Part shown: in pieces, positions 9,212 through 18,165 of the stretch | How the letters are laid out: each line of letters starts with the position of its first letter | Position numbering within the stretch: position 1 is the first letter of the stretch | Assembly: GCA_016186795.1 (NCBI GenBank) | Contig: JACPKY010000002.1 | Location: 282,593 to 346,592, forward strand | Length of the DNA stretch: 64,000 bases | Direction of reading: 5' to 3' | From: Candidatus Gottesmanbacteria bacterium | GTDB taxonomy: Bacteria; Patescibacteriota; Microgenomatia; 2-02-FULL-39-11 | Program-made: the position numbers and the translations under genes | Notes under the pieces: model-generated | The model's database searches: none | What the model saw: the letters and a program-made list of their open reading frames with translations, nothing else | Told to the model about the DNA's origin: nothing

Positions 9212-11017
9212 TTATGAAATCAACCATTCCTTAAATTTATTATACGGCAAAGTATTCAGTATGTCACCCTTTTGTGCCCAACCTCGTCGCGCAACCGAAA
9301 CTCCATAGCGCATAAGATCCATATGAGTAACATCATGCGAGTCGGTACTAATCACGAGTCGTACCCCCTTTCGAATCGCGTCACGAACTAAATCATCAGG
9401 AAGGTCAAGGCGCTGCGGATATGCATTGATCTCAAGTGCTTTGTTGTGTTTCCCACAAAATGTAAAAATTTCATCCCAATCAACATCGTATCCTTCCCTC
9501 TTGGTTAAGAGTCGTCCTGTTGGATGTCCTAAAATCTTTGCTTTTGGGTGGGAAAGACCAGAAAGAATTCTTTGAGTCATACGAGACTTATCCATGTTGA
9601 ACACTGAATGAATCGAAACTATGGCAGCATCAATATACGCAAAACTATTTTGAGGAAGAGCTAATTTCCCATCAGGAAGGATATCTATCTCCAACATGAG
9701 AAATAATTTTACTCGAGTACTTTTTGTTGAACTATATATTTGTTCATAATAGGATTTACGCCTTTTCATAATAGATAAAATTTCTATTTCAGAATGCTCG
9801 GAAACTCTCGGATTGTGATCGCTTATACCGACATACTCATACTTACGTACATCTGCATACTTTAGGATCTCTTTTAAATCCGACGACCCTAAATCATGCG
9901 AGGGTTTAAGATCATAACTTGTATGGATATGGAGATCCCCTTTTATATCTTGCATCTTTACAAGCTCTGGTAATCGATTTGCGAGTGATGCTTCAATTTC
10001 ACCTCGATCCTCTCGGATTTCAGGAGGAATCCAATGCATTCCCAAGAAGCGATAGAAGCCTTCTTCCTTCTGGAATTCATAGAGATTCTTTTTTTTGTTG
10101 TAATTATTCCCATATCCCTTTTTGGATTTAGATTTCGTCAATGGTTTAATCCCATACTCGTTGAGTGAATACCCTTGCTTTAGAGCAAGCTCACGAAGGT
10201 GAATGTTGTGCTGTTTGCTTCCGGTAAAATATTGAACCATTGATCCAAACGTTTTAGGATCTTGGACGCGTACATCGACTTGTCTTCCGTTTGTCAGCAC
10301 AATTGATGCACCTGTTGGTCCTCGCTCGATAAGCTCCTGCTTTTTTGGATACTTAAGAAACCAACCCAGCACGCTCTCGGGATTTTTTGTGGAAACAGCA
10401 AAGTCAATATCGCCTATCGTTGCAACTTGTCTTCTTAGACTTCCCAAAGGAATTGCTTCAAACACATCTCTATGTCTTTGCAGATACTCTCCAACTTCAT
10501 CGGCAATAACTGATGCGACTGGTAATGTTATTCGATTTTCTTTCAGTTGTCCCTTCTGGAAGCGTTGTATTGACTCAACAATGTCTTTTTGGGACTTTTC
10601 ACCAAATCCGGCGAGTCGTGCTATTTTTCCTTGCCCTGCCGCTCTAAGAAGATCATCGATTGCAGATTTTGGACTTGTTATATGAAGCTCTTTTGTAAGC
10701 TGCAAAGCCCGCTTGGGACCAAATCCAGGAATATCTAGTAATGCAAACATCGCTTCAGGCACTTTCTTGCGGACAGAGTCGAAATGCTTTACTTCTCCGG
10801 TTTTGAAAAGTTCTTCAAGGTAAGAAGAAATCGAGGAACCTACTCCAGGAAGTGAAGTCAGTTTCCCTTCTTTCCATAGATCTTCCACATCAACAGTTGA
10901 AGCATCTATCGTGTCTGCAGCACGTTCATATGCAATGGTACGGAATCTATTTTCTTCTTTTAAAAGATATACTGCCGCTACTTCTCGCAGAAGTTTTGCT
11001 ACTTCTTTATTTGTCAT
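9212..11017 (-). CDS. polX: DNA polymerase X with PHP 3'-5' exonuclease domain
   Basis: GSLRR, GDID, VDVR, YFTGSKQHN; PHP motifs HIHT, SDH, HPTGR and TDSH. Confidence 0.95.
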   Translation of the reverse strand: MTNKEVAKLLREVAAVYLLKEENRFRTIAYERAADTIDASTVDVEDLWKEGKLTSLPGVGSSISSYLEELFKTGEVKHFDSVRKKVPEAMFALLDIPGFGPKRALQLTKELHITSPKSAIDDLLRAAGQGKIARLAGFGEKSQKDIVESIQRFQKGQLKENRITLPVASVIADEVGEYLQRHRDVFEAIPLGSLRRQVATIGDIDFAVSTKNPESVLGWFLKYPKKQELIERGPTGASIVLTNGRQVDVRVQDPKTFGSMVQYFTGSKQHNIHLRELALKQGYSLNEYGIKPLTKSKSKKGYGNNYNKKKNLYEFQKEEGFYRFLGMHWIPPEIREDRGEIEASLANRLPELVKMQDIKGDLHIHTSYDLKPSHDLGSSDLKEILKYADVRKYEYVGISDHNPRVSEHSEIEILSIMKRRKSYYEQIYSSTKSTRVKLFLMLEIDILPDGKLALPQNSFAYIDAAIVSIHSVFNMDKSRMTQRILSGLSHPKAKILGHPTGRLLTKREGYDVDWDEIFTFCGKHNKALEINAYPQRLDLPDDLVRDAIRKGVRLVISTDSHDVTHMDLMRYGVSVARRGWAQKGDILNTLPYNKFKEWLIS

Positions 11018-11088
11018 AAAATACCCACAAAAAGTGTAGCATATCTATTGACCCTCTCACAATCATCTGATATTATCCGGATACGTTT

Positions 11089-11164
11089 GGGCTCGTGGTG
11101 TAGCGGTCAACATGTCGCCCTGTCGAGGCGAAGATCACCGGTTCGAATCCGGCCGGGCCCGCCA
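11089..11164 (+). tRNA. tRNA-Asp(GTC), CCA encoded
   Basis: Acceptor GGGCTCG/CGGGCCC, anticodon arm TCGCC-CTGTCGA-GGCGA, T-loop GGTTCGAATCC. Confidence 0.97.
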
Positions 11165-11240
11165 CGTAATAAATTTTTCTAGCGAAAAATTTAAACGTGG
11201 CTGGAACGTTTAAATTTATGAAATAAATTTATTCCGTTCC
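11161..11240. repeat. Two tandem composite inverted repeats after tRNA-Asp
   Basis: GCCACGT..AAATTTTTC-tagc-GAAAAATTT..ACGTGGC, then GGAACG..AAATTTAT-gaa-ATAAATTT..CGTTCC. Confidence 0.8.
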
Positions 11241-11288
11241 GCCTCAGCTTTTTTATCTCTGCCCAGAAAAGGAGGATTTTATTGGCAG

Positions 11289-11834
11289 ATGTGGAAAAAA
11301 TATCTAAAAGAACTCAGCTTTCCTGAATCATATATCTCAATTACTCTTGGCTTTCTCGTTGTTGTGGTAGGCGGAATGCTTCTTTATAACTTCTTTACCA
11401 AAAACCGACCAGGAACTATTATTACGAACGAAACATCGAATACGACATCATCACAGGAAGTAGCGGTACTACCAACGACACACAAGGTTGGAGAGAATGA
11501 ATCACTTTGGGTCATTGCTCAGAAATACTACAACTCTGGGTATAACTGGGTGACGATTGCGAAGGCGAATAATTTGGTAAATCCTGATCGGATAGAGGTA
11601 GGACAGGAAATGATTATCCCAAAGGCAGAAACAATCACACCCCCTTCCGGAGAAGTTTCATCAATAGCAACTGTAGTTCCCAAGACATATACAGTTGTCA
11701 AAGGTGATGATTTGTGGAATATTGCTGTCCGAGAGTATGGAGATGGTTACGCATGGGTGAGGATTGCGAAGGAGAATAATTTGGCAAACCCAAATATCAT
11801 TCACCCTGGAAATGTATTGATGTTACCAAGATAA
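11289..11834 (+). CDS. Membrane-anchored tandem LysM peptidoglycan-binding protein
   Basis: N-terminal TM; HKVGENESLWVIAQKYY and YTVVKGDDLWNIAVREYG LysM repeats. Confidence 0.93.
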   Translation: MWKKYLKELSFPESYISITLGFLVVVVGGMLLYNFFTKNRPGTIITNETSNTTSSQEVAVLPTTHKVGENESLWVIAQKYYNSGYNWVTIAKANNLVNPDRIEVGQEMIIPKAETITPPSGEVSSIATVVPKTYTVVKGDDLWNIAVREYGDGYAWVRIAKENNLANPNIIHPGNVLMLPR

Positions 11835-11968
11835 GAAATCCTTTTATCTTCTCTTTTTTTAAAGAGAGTGTAAGGGGATTATATTTCTCGCCGTAGTCAA
11901 ACGTATCAAGCTTCTCATACCGCTTGAGACGGATAATAATGGCCTAGATCAATGGCGTTATAAGAATC

Positions 11969-12121
11969 TCATACTCGTATCCCCTCGTTGACCAATAATT
12001 GTTGATCATTGGAAAACTCACCTACGAAGTAGGCCGCGATTGCGGCAAAAACAATAAGAACAGCAATAACAACATACGCAGGAGATATGCTGTCCGGATA
12101 GTGCTTAAATCTTTTTTCCAT
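11969..12121 (-). CDS. Small (50 aa) single-TM protein
   Basis: Manual translation MEKRFKHYPDSISPAYVVIAVLIVFAAIAAYFVGEF...; TATAAT 10 nt upstream of the ATG. Confidence 0.55.
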   Translation of the reverse strand: MEKRFKHYPDSISPAYVVIAVLIVFAAIAAYFVGEFSNDQQLLVNEGIRV

Positions 12122-12147
12122 ATACGCTATAATTATACGAAATTAAA

Positions 12148-12221
12148 GCGGGATTAGTACACCGGTAGTATGCCACCTTCCCAAGGTGGAGAAGGGGGTT
12201 CGATTCCCCTATCCCGCTCCA
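12148..12221 (+). tRNA. tRNA-Gly(CCC), CCA encoded
   Basis: GCGGGAT/ATCCCGC acceptor, CCACC-TTCCCAA-GGTGG anticodon arm, GGTTCGATTCC. Confidence 0.96.
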
Positions 12222-12284
12222 GACGGGATAGCTCGAGAAATCGAAGCTATCTAGCCTCAAAAATACGATGCAACGCGTATTGAC

Positions 12285-12737
12285 TTGATACAACCTTTTC
12301 AAGGCTATTTTAAATTTGAAGGAACGGGATTTGAACCATTTAATTATATGAATGTCAAAGTAACAAAATTATCCGATGAGCAACTTGAATCTTTTAGATT
12401 TTATCGTTCATCTATGGGATCTCTAGCAACTTTATCTCTGCCAGGTACTTATCCTACTGAATTGAAAAATTGTGGAATTAAGGAAAGAAAATTACCAAAT
12501 CAACTTGTTGGATTTAATGTAGCTAGTCCTTCAGGAAGTCAAATCGTTATTCAAACGGTATTTTATGATCCTAAAGATAGATGCGATAATGGAGATTTGC
12601 ATGTAATTAATTTTGAATCGAAAGAAATTGAGAGTTACTATCGTGGCTGGGGAACTTGGACACATCATTATGGAAATAAACATTGGGAAAACAAGGATTA
12701 TTTAAGAGTAGGTTCAACTCCTATAACTAGTCGATGA
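12285..12737 (+). CDS. Hypothetical protein, possibly 5'-truncated (first ATG at 12348)
   Basis: AT-rich 150-codon ORF; no family recognised. Confidence 0.55.
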   Translation: MIQPFQGYFKFEGTGFEPFNYMNVKVTKLSDEQLESFRFYRSSMGSLATLSLPGTYPTELKNCGIKERKLPNQLVGFNVASPSGSQIVIQTVFYDPKDRCDNGDLHVINFESKEIESYYRGWGTWTHHYGNKHWENKDYLRVGSTPITSR

Positions 12738-13374
12738 GCAAGGATTTCAAAACTTCTTGAGCGTAGACAATATCTTTGTTCATGACGAGAATTAATATTT
12801 CTCCCCCTATTGTATGAAAGGAATGAATAGATATTTTCGCTTCGACTAGTCCAGCAGTGATGAGATTATAAACACCAGGTACTTGTCGTAATTCGATTGG
12901 AAAGTTAATTGAAATAAAACCCAGTCCCTCTGTTGCATGACTGATTAGCTTTTTTAGCCTTATGTCAGTCAGAAATTCAATAATAGGGTAATCGGTGATT
13001 ACTACCATTTCTTTTTCTCCCTCAATCATAGAAATAAAATACTTCGTTTGAGAAATTTTATTTACGATACTCAAACAGTGCTGTCGATTTTCCAGAGTTT
13101 TGTTTAAAATAAGCTCGTGAATGTTGGTTCTGGTAACAAGCTGAAGTGGGTACTTTGAAAAATCTAAGGAAATAGTTTCACTTTTGGGAAGCTTTACAAT
13201 ATTTCTTCTTAACTCCATACTAAGAGCCGTCAATGAAATATCTTTACTGATCTGCTTGTCATTGATTTTTATATATCGAGCCAAAGCATTAAGGTTTATG
13301 ATACCCTTTTGAATGTAGCCAGTGAGTAGTGGATGTCGTTTCAGATAAGCTAATATCGTATTTGACATATTCAA
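12727..13374 (-). CDS. N-terminal helical/HTH-like + ACT-domain protein (resembles the family often labelled 'aspartate kinase' but lacking a kinase domain)
   Basis: GIINLNALARYI N-terminal motif; C-terminal ACT-like PGVYNLITAGLVEAKISI...EILILV. Confidence 0.7.
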   Translation of the reverse strand: MNMSNTILAYLKRHPLLTGYIQKGIINLNALARYIKINDKQISKDISLTALSMELRRNIVKLPKSETISLDFSKYPLQLVTRTNIHELILNKTLENRQHCLSIVNKISQTKYFISMIEGEKEMVVITDYPIIEFLTDIRLKKLISHATEGLGFISINFPIELRQVPGVYNLITAGLVEAKISIHSFHTIGGEILILVMNKDIVYAQEVLKSLLID

Positions 13375-13431
13375 GTGATTAAGTTATAATTGTTATTATT
13401 ATATCACATTTGTTAATATTTTAACAATTAT

Positions 13432-13830
13432 ATGTATAAGGCAGCTATTATTATTGATTCCGAACAACCGACAGGCTTATTAGCTAACTCGGTTGCTTGT
13501 ATCGCTTCAGGCCTATTTTTGGATGGAAAAGACTACGTTGGACCGGAAATTCAAGGAAAAGATGTAACTTACATTCCTATTACAAAGATCCCTATCTTAA
13601 TTCTTAAACCTGGGAACAGATCCTTATTCGAACTTTGCAAACAAGCACGAGGAATGAATTTAAAATTCATGGCATTTACCAAAGAAGGACAATCTACAAC
13701 GGATTATAATCAATATGAAAAAAGAGTTTCTGGTCTACCACTTGATTCAGTAACTCTAGTTGGGTTAGGAGTAGTTGGTGAAGAAAAAGTTGTTAATTCG
13801 TTGGTAGGTAGTTTGCCAATGCTTCGCTAG
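13432..13830 (+). CDS. DUF2000 family protein (PTH2-like fold)
   Basis: GLLANSVACIA, IPILIL, STTDY, GLGVVG..VNSLVGSLPMLR. Confidence 0.8.
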   Translation: MYKAAIIIDSEQPTGLLANSVACIASGLFLDGKDYVGPEIQGKDVTYIPITKIPILILKPGNRSLFELCKQARGMNLKFMAFTKEGQSTTDYNQYEKRVSGLPLDSVTLVGLGVVGEEKVVNSLVGSLPMLR

Positions 13831-13916
13831 CTTGACTGCCTAGTTATTTTTCTTCTCCAAATGATTGATAAGCTTCCATCAACTTGTTAAAATGTGCTAA
13901 GAGCTCGATGAGACGC

Positions 13917-13945
13917 GGTTCAAATAGAAGTCCGTCTCCCGCTCC
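13917..13945 (+). other. Degenerate tRNA-Gly 3'-end copy (attR-like remnant)
   Basis: GGTTCAAATAGAAGTCCGTCTCCCGCTCC versus tRNA-Gly GGTTCGATTCCCCTATCCCGCTCC; shared terminal TCCCGCTCC. Confidence 0.5.
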
Positions 13946-13996
13946 TTTTATCAAAAAGCTCGAACTTATTTTATCAAAAATCACTGACAAATCATA

Positions 13997-14062
13997 GCAA
14001 AATTTTTCGCGCCGGAAATAAAAAAGGGGAAAACACGCTTGGCCCACCCGCCCATCCGCGCC
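13997..14062. repeat. Left inverted repeat flanking the rib operon
   Basis: GCAAAATTTTTCGCGCCG (13997-14014) is the exact reverse complement of 17708-17725; similarity continues through GAAAT..AGGGGAAAA..CCCACCC.GCCC. Confidence 0.85.
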
Positions 14063-14113
14063 TGTCAAAATGGTCCTCCCACTAAAACAAAAAAAAGATG
14101 TATACTATAAATA

Positions 14114-14225
14114 TTCCTTCGGGGTTGGGTGTAAGTCCCAATCGGTGGTATAGCCCACGAGTCCCAAAAGGACACGATTTGGTGAAATTCCAAGGCCGAC
14201 CGTATAGTCGGGATGAAAGAAGGAA
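14114..14225 (+). ncRNA. FMN riboswitch (RFN element)
   Basis: TTCGGGG..GGGTG.AA.TCCC, ATCGGTGGT..AGCCCACGA, GGTGAAATTCC, GCCGACCGTATAGTCGGGATGAAAGAAGG; lies upstream of rib genes. Confidence 0.96.
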
Positions 14226-14254
14226 CAATTGCCGTCATTTGATGGGAATTTTGT

Positions 14255-14278
14255 AACCCCGAAGCATCGGGGTTTTTT
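14255..14278 (+). terminator. FMN riboswitch terminator
   Basis: AACCCCGA-agca-TCGGGGTT plus T run; the 5' arm AACCCCGAAG is complementary to aptamer CTTCGGGGTT (14117-14126), giving an antiterminator. Confidence 0.9.
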
Positions 14279-14284
14279 AATGCT

Positions 14285-14863
14285 ATGTTTACAGGAATTA
14301 TTACTCATTTAGGCACAGTCTTTAATAAAACAGAAACCAGTTTAATTATTAAAACTGATAAGGATTTTTTGACTGGATTAGAAAAAGGCACAAGTGTTGC
14401 TATAGATGGAATTTGTTTGACAGTGGTAACTTATAATAAGAATTCCTTTGGGGTAAATATCATGTCAGAAACAACAAACAGAACAAATATACAATATTTA
14501 CAATCAGGAAATCTGGTTAATCTAGAACTGCCGACTACGGCGAATTCATTTTTATCAGGCCATATCGTTTACGGACATATTGACGGCACTGGAAGATTGC
14601 AAAGTATTGTTAAAAACAATAATAGCTACATTCTAAAATTTTCAATTCCTAACTCTCTTTCGAAGTATGTAGTTGAGAAAGGATCAATTGCGGTAAACGG
14701 CATCTCTTTAACCGTAATCAAGTCAGCCGAAAATTATTTTACGGTTGGAATTATTCCCCACACTTGGGAAAAAACAATGCTTCATACAATTAAAGCTGGA
14801 GACGCTGTTAATGTTGAAATAGATATCTTGGCAAAGTATGTCGAGAAGCTTTTAAAAAAATAA
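14285..14863 (+). CDS. ribE: Riboflavin synthase (alpha)
   Basis: MFTGII N-terminus, GICLTV, GHIVYGHID and KGSIAVNGISLT. Confidence 0.97.
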   Translation: MFTGIITHLGTVFNKTETSLIIKTDKDFLTGLEKGTSVAIDGICLTVVTYNKNSFGVNIMSETTNRTNIQYLQSGNLVNLELPTTANSFLSGHIVYGHIDGTGRLQSIVKNNNSYILKFSIPNSLSKYVVEKGSIAVNGISLTVIKSAENYFTVGIIPHTWEKTMLHTIKAGDAVNVEIDILAKYVEKLLKK

Positions 14864-14864
14864 A

Positions 14865-15308
14865 ATGAAAAATATTAAACAAATTAAAATTGCCATTATT
14901 AGCAGTTCTTTTCGAGCAGAAGTAACTGAGAATCTGGAAAAAAATTGTATTGCTACGTTTAAAAAGAAAGGGATAACTAAAAATCAAACAGACATTTTCA
15001 GAGTTCCCGGATCACTGGAAATTCCCCTAATTGCAAAAAAAATAGCAAAGAAACATATTTATGACGCAATTATTACTTTTGGCGCAATTGTCAAAGGCAA
15101 AACGTATCACTTTGAGCAAATTGCTAATGAGTGTGCAAGAGGCTGTACGGAGGTTTCTTTACAATATGAAGTCCCCGTTATTTTTGAAGTCTTAGCCGTG
15201 TATAAACTACAAGACGCAATAGAGAGAGCCACACGAAAAGAAGAAAATAAAGGAGTCGAAGCAGCTCTAACCGCACTGGAAATGATTAAAGTTATTTCAA
15301 ATATATGA
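14865..15308 (+). CDS. ribH: 6,7-dimethyl-8-ribityllumazine synthase
   Basis: VPGSLEIP, GKTYHFE and NKGVEAA. Confidence 0.95.
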   Translation: MKNIKQIKIAIISSSFRAEVTENLEKNCIATFKKKGITKNQTDIFRVPGSLEIPLIAKKIAKKHIYDAIITFGAIVKGKTYHFEQIANECARGCTEVSLQYEVPVIFEVLAVYKLQDAIERATRKEENKGVEAALTALEMIKVISNI

Positions 15309-16534
15309 ACAGTTATTTCTCAACAATACCAGAAGCGTTAGATCAGATTAAAAAAGGTAGGTTGCTTATTTTGGTAGATAACCCAAAACGTGAGAACGAG
15401 GGAGATTTTTATATTCCGACTGATAAAGTCAGTCCGCAACACATTATTACAATGATTCAGAGAGGAGGAGGATTAGTTTGTACTGCAATTACTCAAGCAC
15501 AGGCTTATCGTCTATCCCTTCCTTTAATGATTGCCCCTCTAAGCAATACTGAAAAAACACATGTGAACTTTACTATTTCAGTAAATGCAAAAAAGGGCAT
15601 TACTACTGGCGTGTCCGCTTTTGACCGAGCAAAAACTATTGGGATTTTAGCAAATCCAAAATCCAAACAATCAGAAATTACTACACCAGGGCATGTTTTT
15701 GGTTTAGTGGCAAAACAGGGTGGGATTTTAGAAAGAGACGGTCATACCGAAGCGGCAGTTGATTTAGCCAGGCTTGCTAATTTTACTCCAGGAGGAGTTT
15801 TGTGCGAGATCGTCAGAAACGATGGAAGAATGGCTAAACTTAAAGATTTAATCAGGCTTTCCAAAAAATTAAACATCAAGATGGTATCAATAAATGACCT
15901 TATTAAATATCTGAAAAAAAATCCCCTACCACCATTACTAGAGAAATCTGAAGTGATCAAAGTTGCCACATCGACACTTCCAACTACATACGGAACATTT
16001 CAAATTTCAATATATAAGTCTATCACGGACAACCATGAACATGCTGTTCTGCTGAAAGGAAATGCGAGACAACCGTTATTAACGCGGGTTCATTCCCAAT
16101 GTTTTACTGGAGATACACTTTTTTCTTTGAGATGTGATTGCAGACAACAGTTGCATCAAAGTATGAAAATGATAAGCAAAGCTCCAAGCGGCGTCATTTT
16201 ATACCTTAACCAAGAAGGCAGGGGTATTGGGCTAGTGAATAAAATCAAAGCATATTCATTACAAGACCAAGGCAATGATACCGTCGAAGCCAATCACAAA
16301 CTTGGCTTTCCAGCTGACGCTAGAAATTACGAGGTGGCAGCTCACATTTTAAAAGATCTGGGAATAAAAAAAATTAATCTTTTGACGAATAATCCAGATA
16401 AAGAAAAACAACTTGCTAGTCTTGGAATCCATATTACCAAGTGTATTCCTATAGAAAGTCGGCATAATGGAGTAAATACCAAGTACCTTGCTACAAAAAG
16501 ACGTAAGTTAGGTCATCGATTAAGCATGATATAA
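15305..16534 (+). CDS. ribBA: Bifunctional DHBP synthase/GTP cyclohydrolase II
   Basis: RENEGD, GHTEA, RVHSQCFTGD..CDC, QEGRGIG and LLTNNP. Confidence 0.97.
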   Translation: MNSYFSTIPEALDQIKKGRLLILVDNPKRENEGDFYIPTDKVSPQHIITMIQRGGGLVCTAITQAQAYRLSLPLMIAPLSNTEKTHVNFTISVNAKKGITTGVSAFDRAKTIGILANPKSKQSEITTPGHVFGLVAKQGGILERDGHTEAAVDLARLANFTPGGVLCEIVRNDGRMAKLKDLIRLSKKLNIKMVSINDLIKYLKKNPLPPLLEKSEVIKVATSTLPTTYGTFQISIYKSITDNHEHAVLLKGNARQPLLTRVHSQCFTGDTLFSLRCDCRQQLHQSMKMISKAPSGVILYLNQEGRGIGLVNKIKAYSLQDQGNDTVEANHKLGFPADARNYEVAAHILKDLGIKKINLLTNNPDKEKQLASLGIHITKCIPIESRHNGVNTKYLATKRRKLGHRLSMI

Positions 16535-16539
16535 CCTTT

Positions 16540-17625
16540 ATGCGCCCTCCTTCCATTTCTGATGAATATTTTATAGATGAGACATTGAGATTGGCAAAAA
16601 AGGCGATGGGATGGACCAATCCTAATCCAATGGTGGGAGCGGTGATCGTAAAGAGGGGTCAAATTATTGCTAAGGGGTATCACAAACGAGTGGGATTTCC
16701 ACATGCTGAAATCGAAGCACTCAACGCTGCAAAAACGAGCGTTGAGGGAGCTACGCTCTATGTCAACCTTGAGCCATGTACTCATTACGGAAGAACGCCG
16801 CCATGTGTTGATGCAATTATTCAAGCGGGAATAAAACGCGTTGTTTGCTCGGTACTTGATCCAAACCCAAAAGTTCACGGGCGTGGGGCAGCTAAACTAA
16901 AACAAGCAGGTATCGCTGTCTCTGTCGGATTAAAAGAAAAAGAATCCCGAGCACTTAATGAGACGTTCTTTACTTTCCATGAAAAAGGACGACCTTTTGT
17001 TGCTATCAAGTTTGCTGCCAGTCTTGATGGAAAAATTGCTACGAAGACAGGTGATTCCAAATGGATCACAAACGAAAAAGCTCGCTTATTTGCTAGAAAG
17101 TTAAGAAGAAAATATCAAGCTATTCTCGTAGGAATCAATACCATAATACGTGATAATCCTCATCTAGGAGTACGCAGTCCGGACAAAAAAGATCCAGTAA
17201 GGGTTATTCTAGATTCCAATCTTCGGATCCCTTTAAATTCTCGTGTGCTTCGGGATAATAATGTTTTAATCGCAACAACCGCCCATGCTTCAAAAAACAA
17301 AAAGGAATTATTGACGAGGCGGGGTATTTCGATTCTCACTTTTGAAAGTAAAAACATACCAGTGAAAGAACTTCTGTTGTCGTTAAGAAGCAGGGAAATT
17401 ATTAGTGTTCTAGTTGAAGGCGGCGGAAAAGTTTTAGGAAATTTTGTTGATGAAAAAATCGTTGATAAAGTATACGCCTCTTATGCTCCAATTCTGATTG
17501 GTGGAGAAAAAGCAGTTACGGTTGGCGGAAAGGGTATAAACAAAATTAATAATGCGTTATGCCTAAAAAGAATCTCTATAAAATGCTTTCAGGACAATTT
17601 TTTTGTCATCGGTTCGCCAATTTAA
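16540..17625 (+). CDS. ribD: Pyrimidine deaminase/reductase
   Basis: PNPMVG, HAE, LEPC..TPPC, SLDGK, SKWIT and VEGG. Confidence 0.97.
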   Translation: MRPPSISDEYFIDETLRLAKKAMGWTNPNPMVGAVIVKRGQIIAKGYHKRVGFPHAEIEALNAAKTSVEGATLYVNLEPCTHYGRTPPCVDAIIQAGIKRVVCSVLDPNPKVHGRGAAKLKQAGIAVSVGLKEKESRALNETFFTFHEKGRPFVAIKFAASLDGKIATKTGDSKWITNEKARLFARKLRRKYQAILVGINTIIRDNPHLGVRSPDKKDPVRVILDSNLRIPLNSRVLRDNNVLIATTAHASKNKKELLTRRGISILTFESKNIPVKELLLSLRSREIISVLVEGGGKVLGNFVDEKIVDKVYASYAPILIGGEKAVTVGGKGINKINNALCLKRISIKCFQDNFFVIGSPI

Positions 17626-17649
17626 TTTCTGTAATCGGGACCGTGTGTC

Positions 17650-17725
17650 GGGGCACGGGCAGGGTGGGGCAACGACACATTTTCTTTTCCCCTCCCTAAT
17701 TTCCAAACGGCGCGAAAAATTTTGC
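17650..17725. repeat. Right inverted repeat flanking the rib operon
   Basis: Reverse-complement counterpart of 13997-14062. Confidence 0.85.
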
Positions 17726-17874
17726 GGGAAGCGAGCCCAGCCGAATGGCGGGGCGAGCAATAAGGAGCTCCATACGAATTTAATCGAACTCGTGGATTTT
17801 AGCTTCAAGAAATTGCTAAAATTTAGAAAAATATAATCCTATAACCTTGTACCCTAACGAAAATTGAACTAGTC

Positions 17875-18048
17875 TTAAACTATCAATTTCTCTTCTTGAT
17901 CGGATTCTTCAAAATTACCCATCCAATCTGACCCATAAAATTGTTGCATAACTGCACAAGCCAGTAGATAAGCAATTTCTTGTATTTCTTTTAATTCTTC
18001 TTCTGATAGGTTAGGGTAATACTTCTTAATTATTTCCAACGGTAACAT
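17875..18048 (-). CDS. Small acidic hypothetical protein (57 aa)
   Basis: Manual translation MLPLEIIKKYYPNLSEEELKEIQEIAYLLACAVMQQFYGSDW...; SD-like GGTGG upstream. Confidence 0.65.
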   Translation of the reverse strand: MLPLEIIKKYYPNLSEEELKEIQEIAYLLACAVMQQFYGSDWMGNFEESDQEEKLIV

Positions 18049-18165
18049 CTTTAACCACCACCGTCTTTATCAGCAGTTGGAAATTTAGCACATTAAGGAC
18101 AGCTACGTTGGGAAGAGTGACTATAAAAATCTCTTAAATAAGCAGGAGTTAGAGGTGATTACTCT

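Noticed and set aside
9212-11017. Possibly inactive PolX
   Set aside because: Catalytic aspartates (GDID, VDVR) and PHP metal ligands appear intact.
14190-14215. FMN aptamer variant (GACCGT/GTCGGG instead of GACAGT/GTCTGG) hinting at a different ligand
   Set aside because: The changes are compensatory in P6 (CCG/CGG), occur in both copies, and both copies control riboflavin genes.
13844-14308. Minus-strand ORFs 13844-14068 and 14105-14308, and ORFs at 17563-17836, as genes
   Set aside because: They run through inverted repeats or the riboswitch; at most remnants, so not called as CDS.
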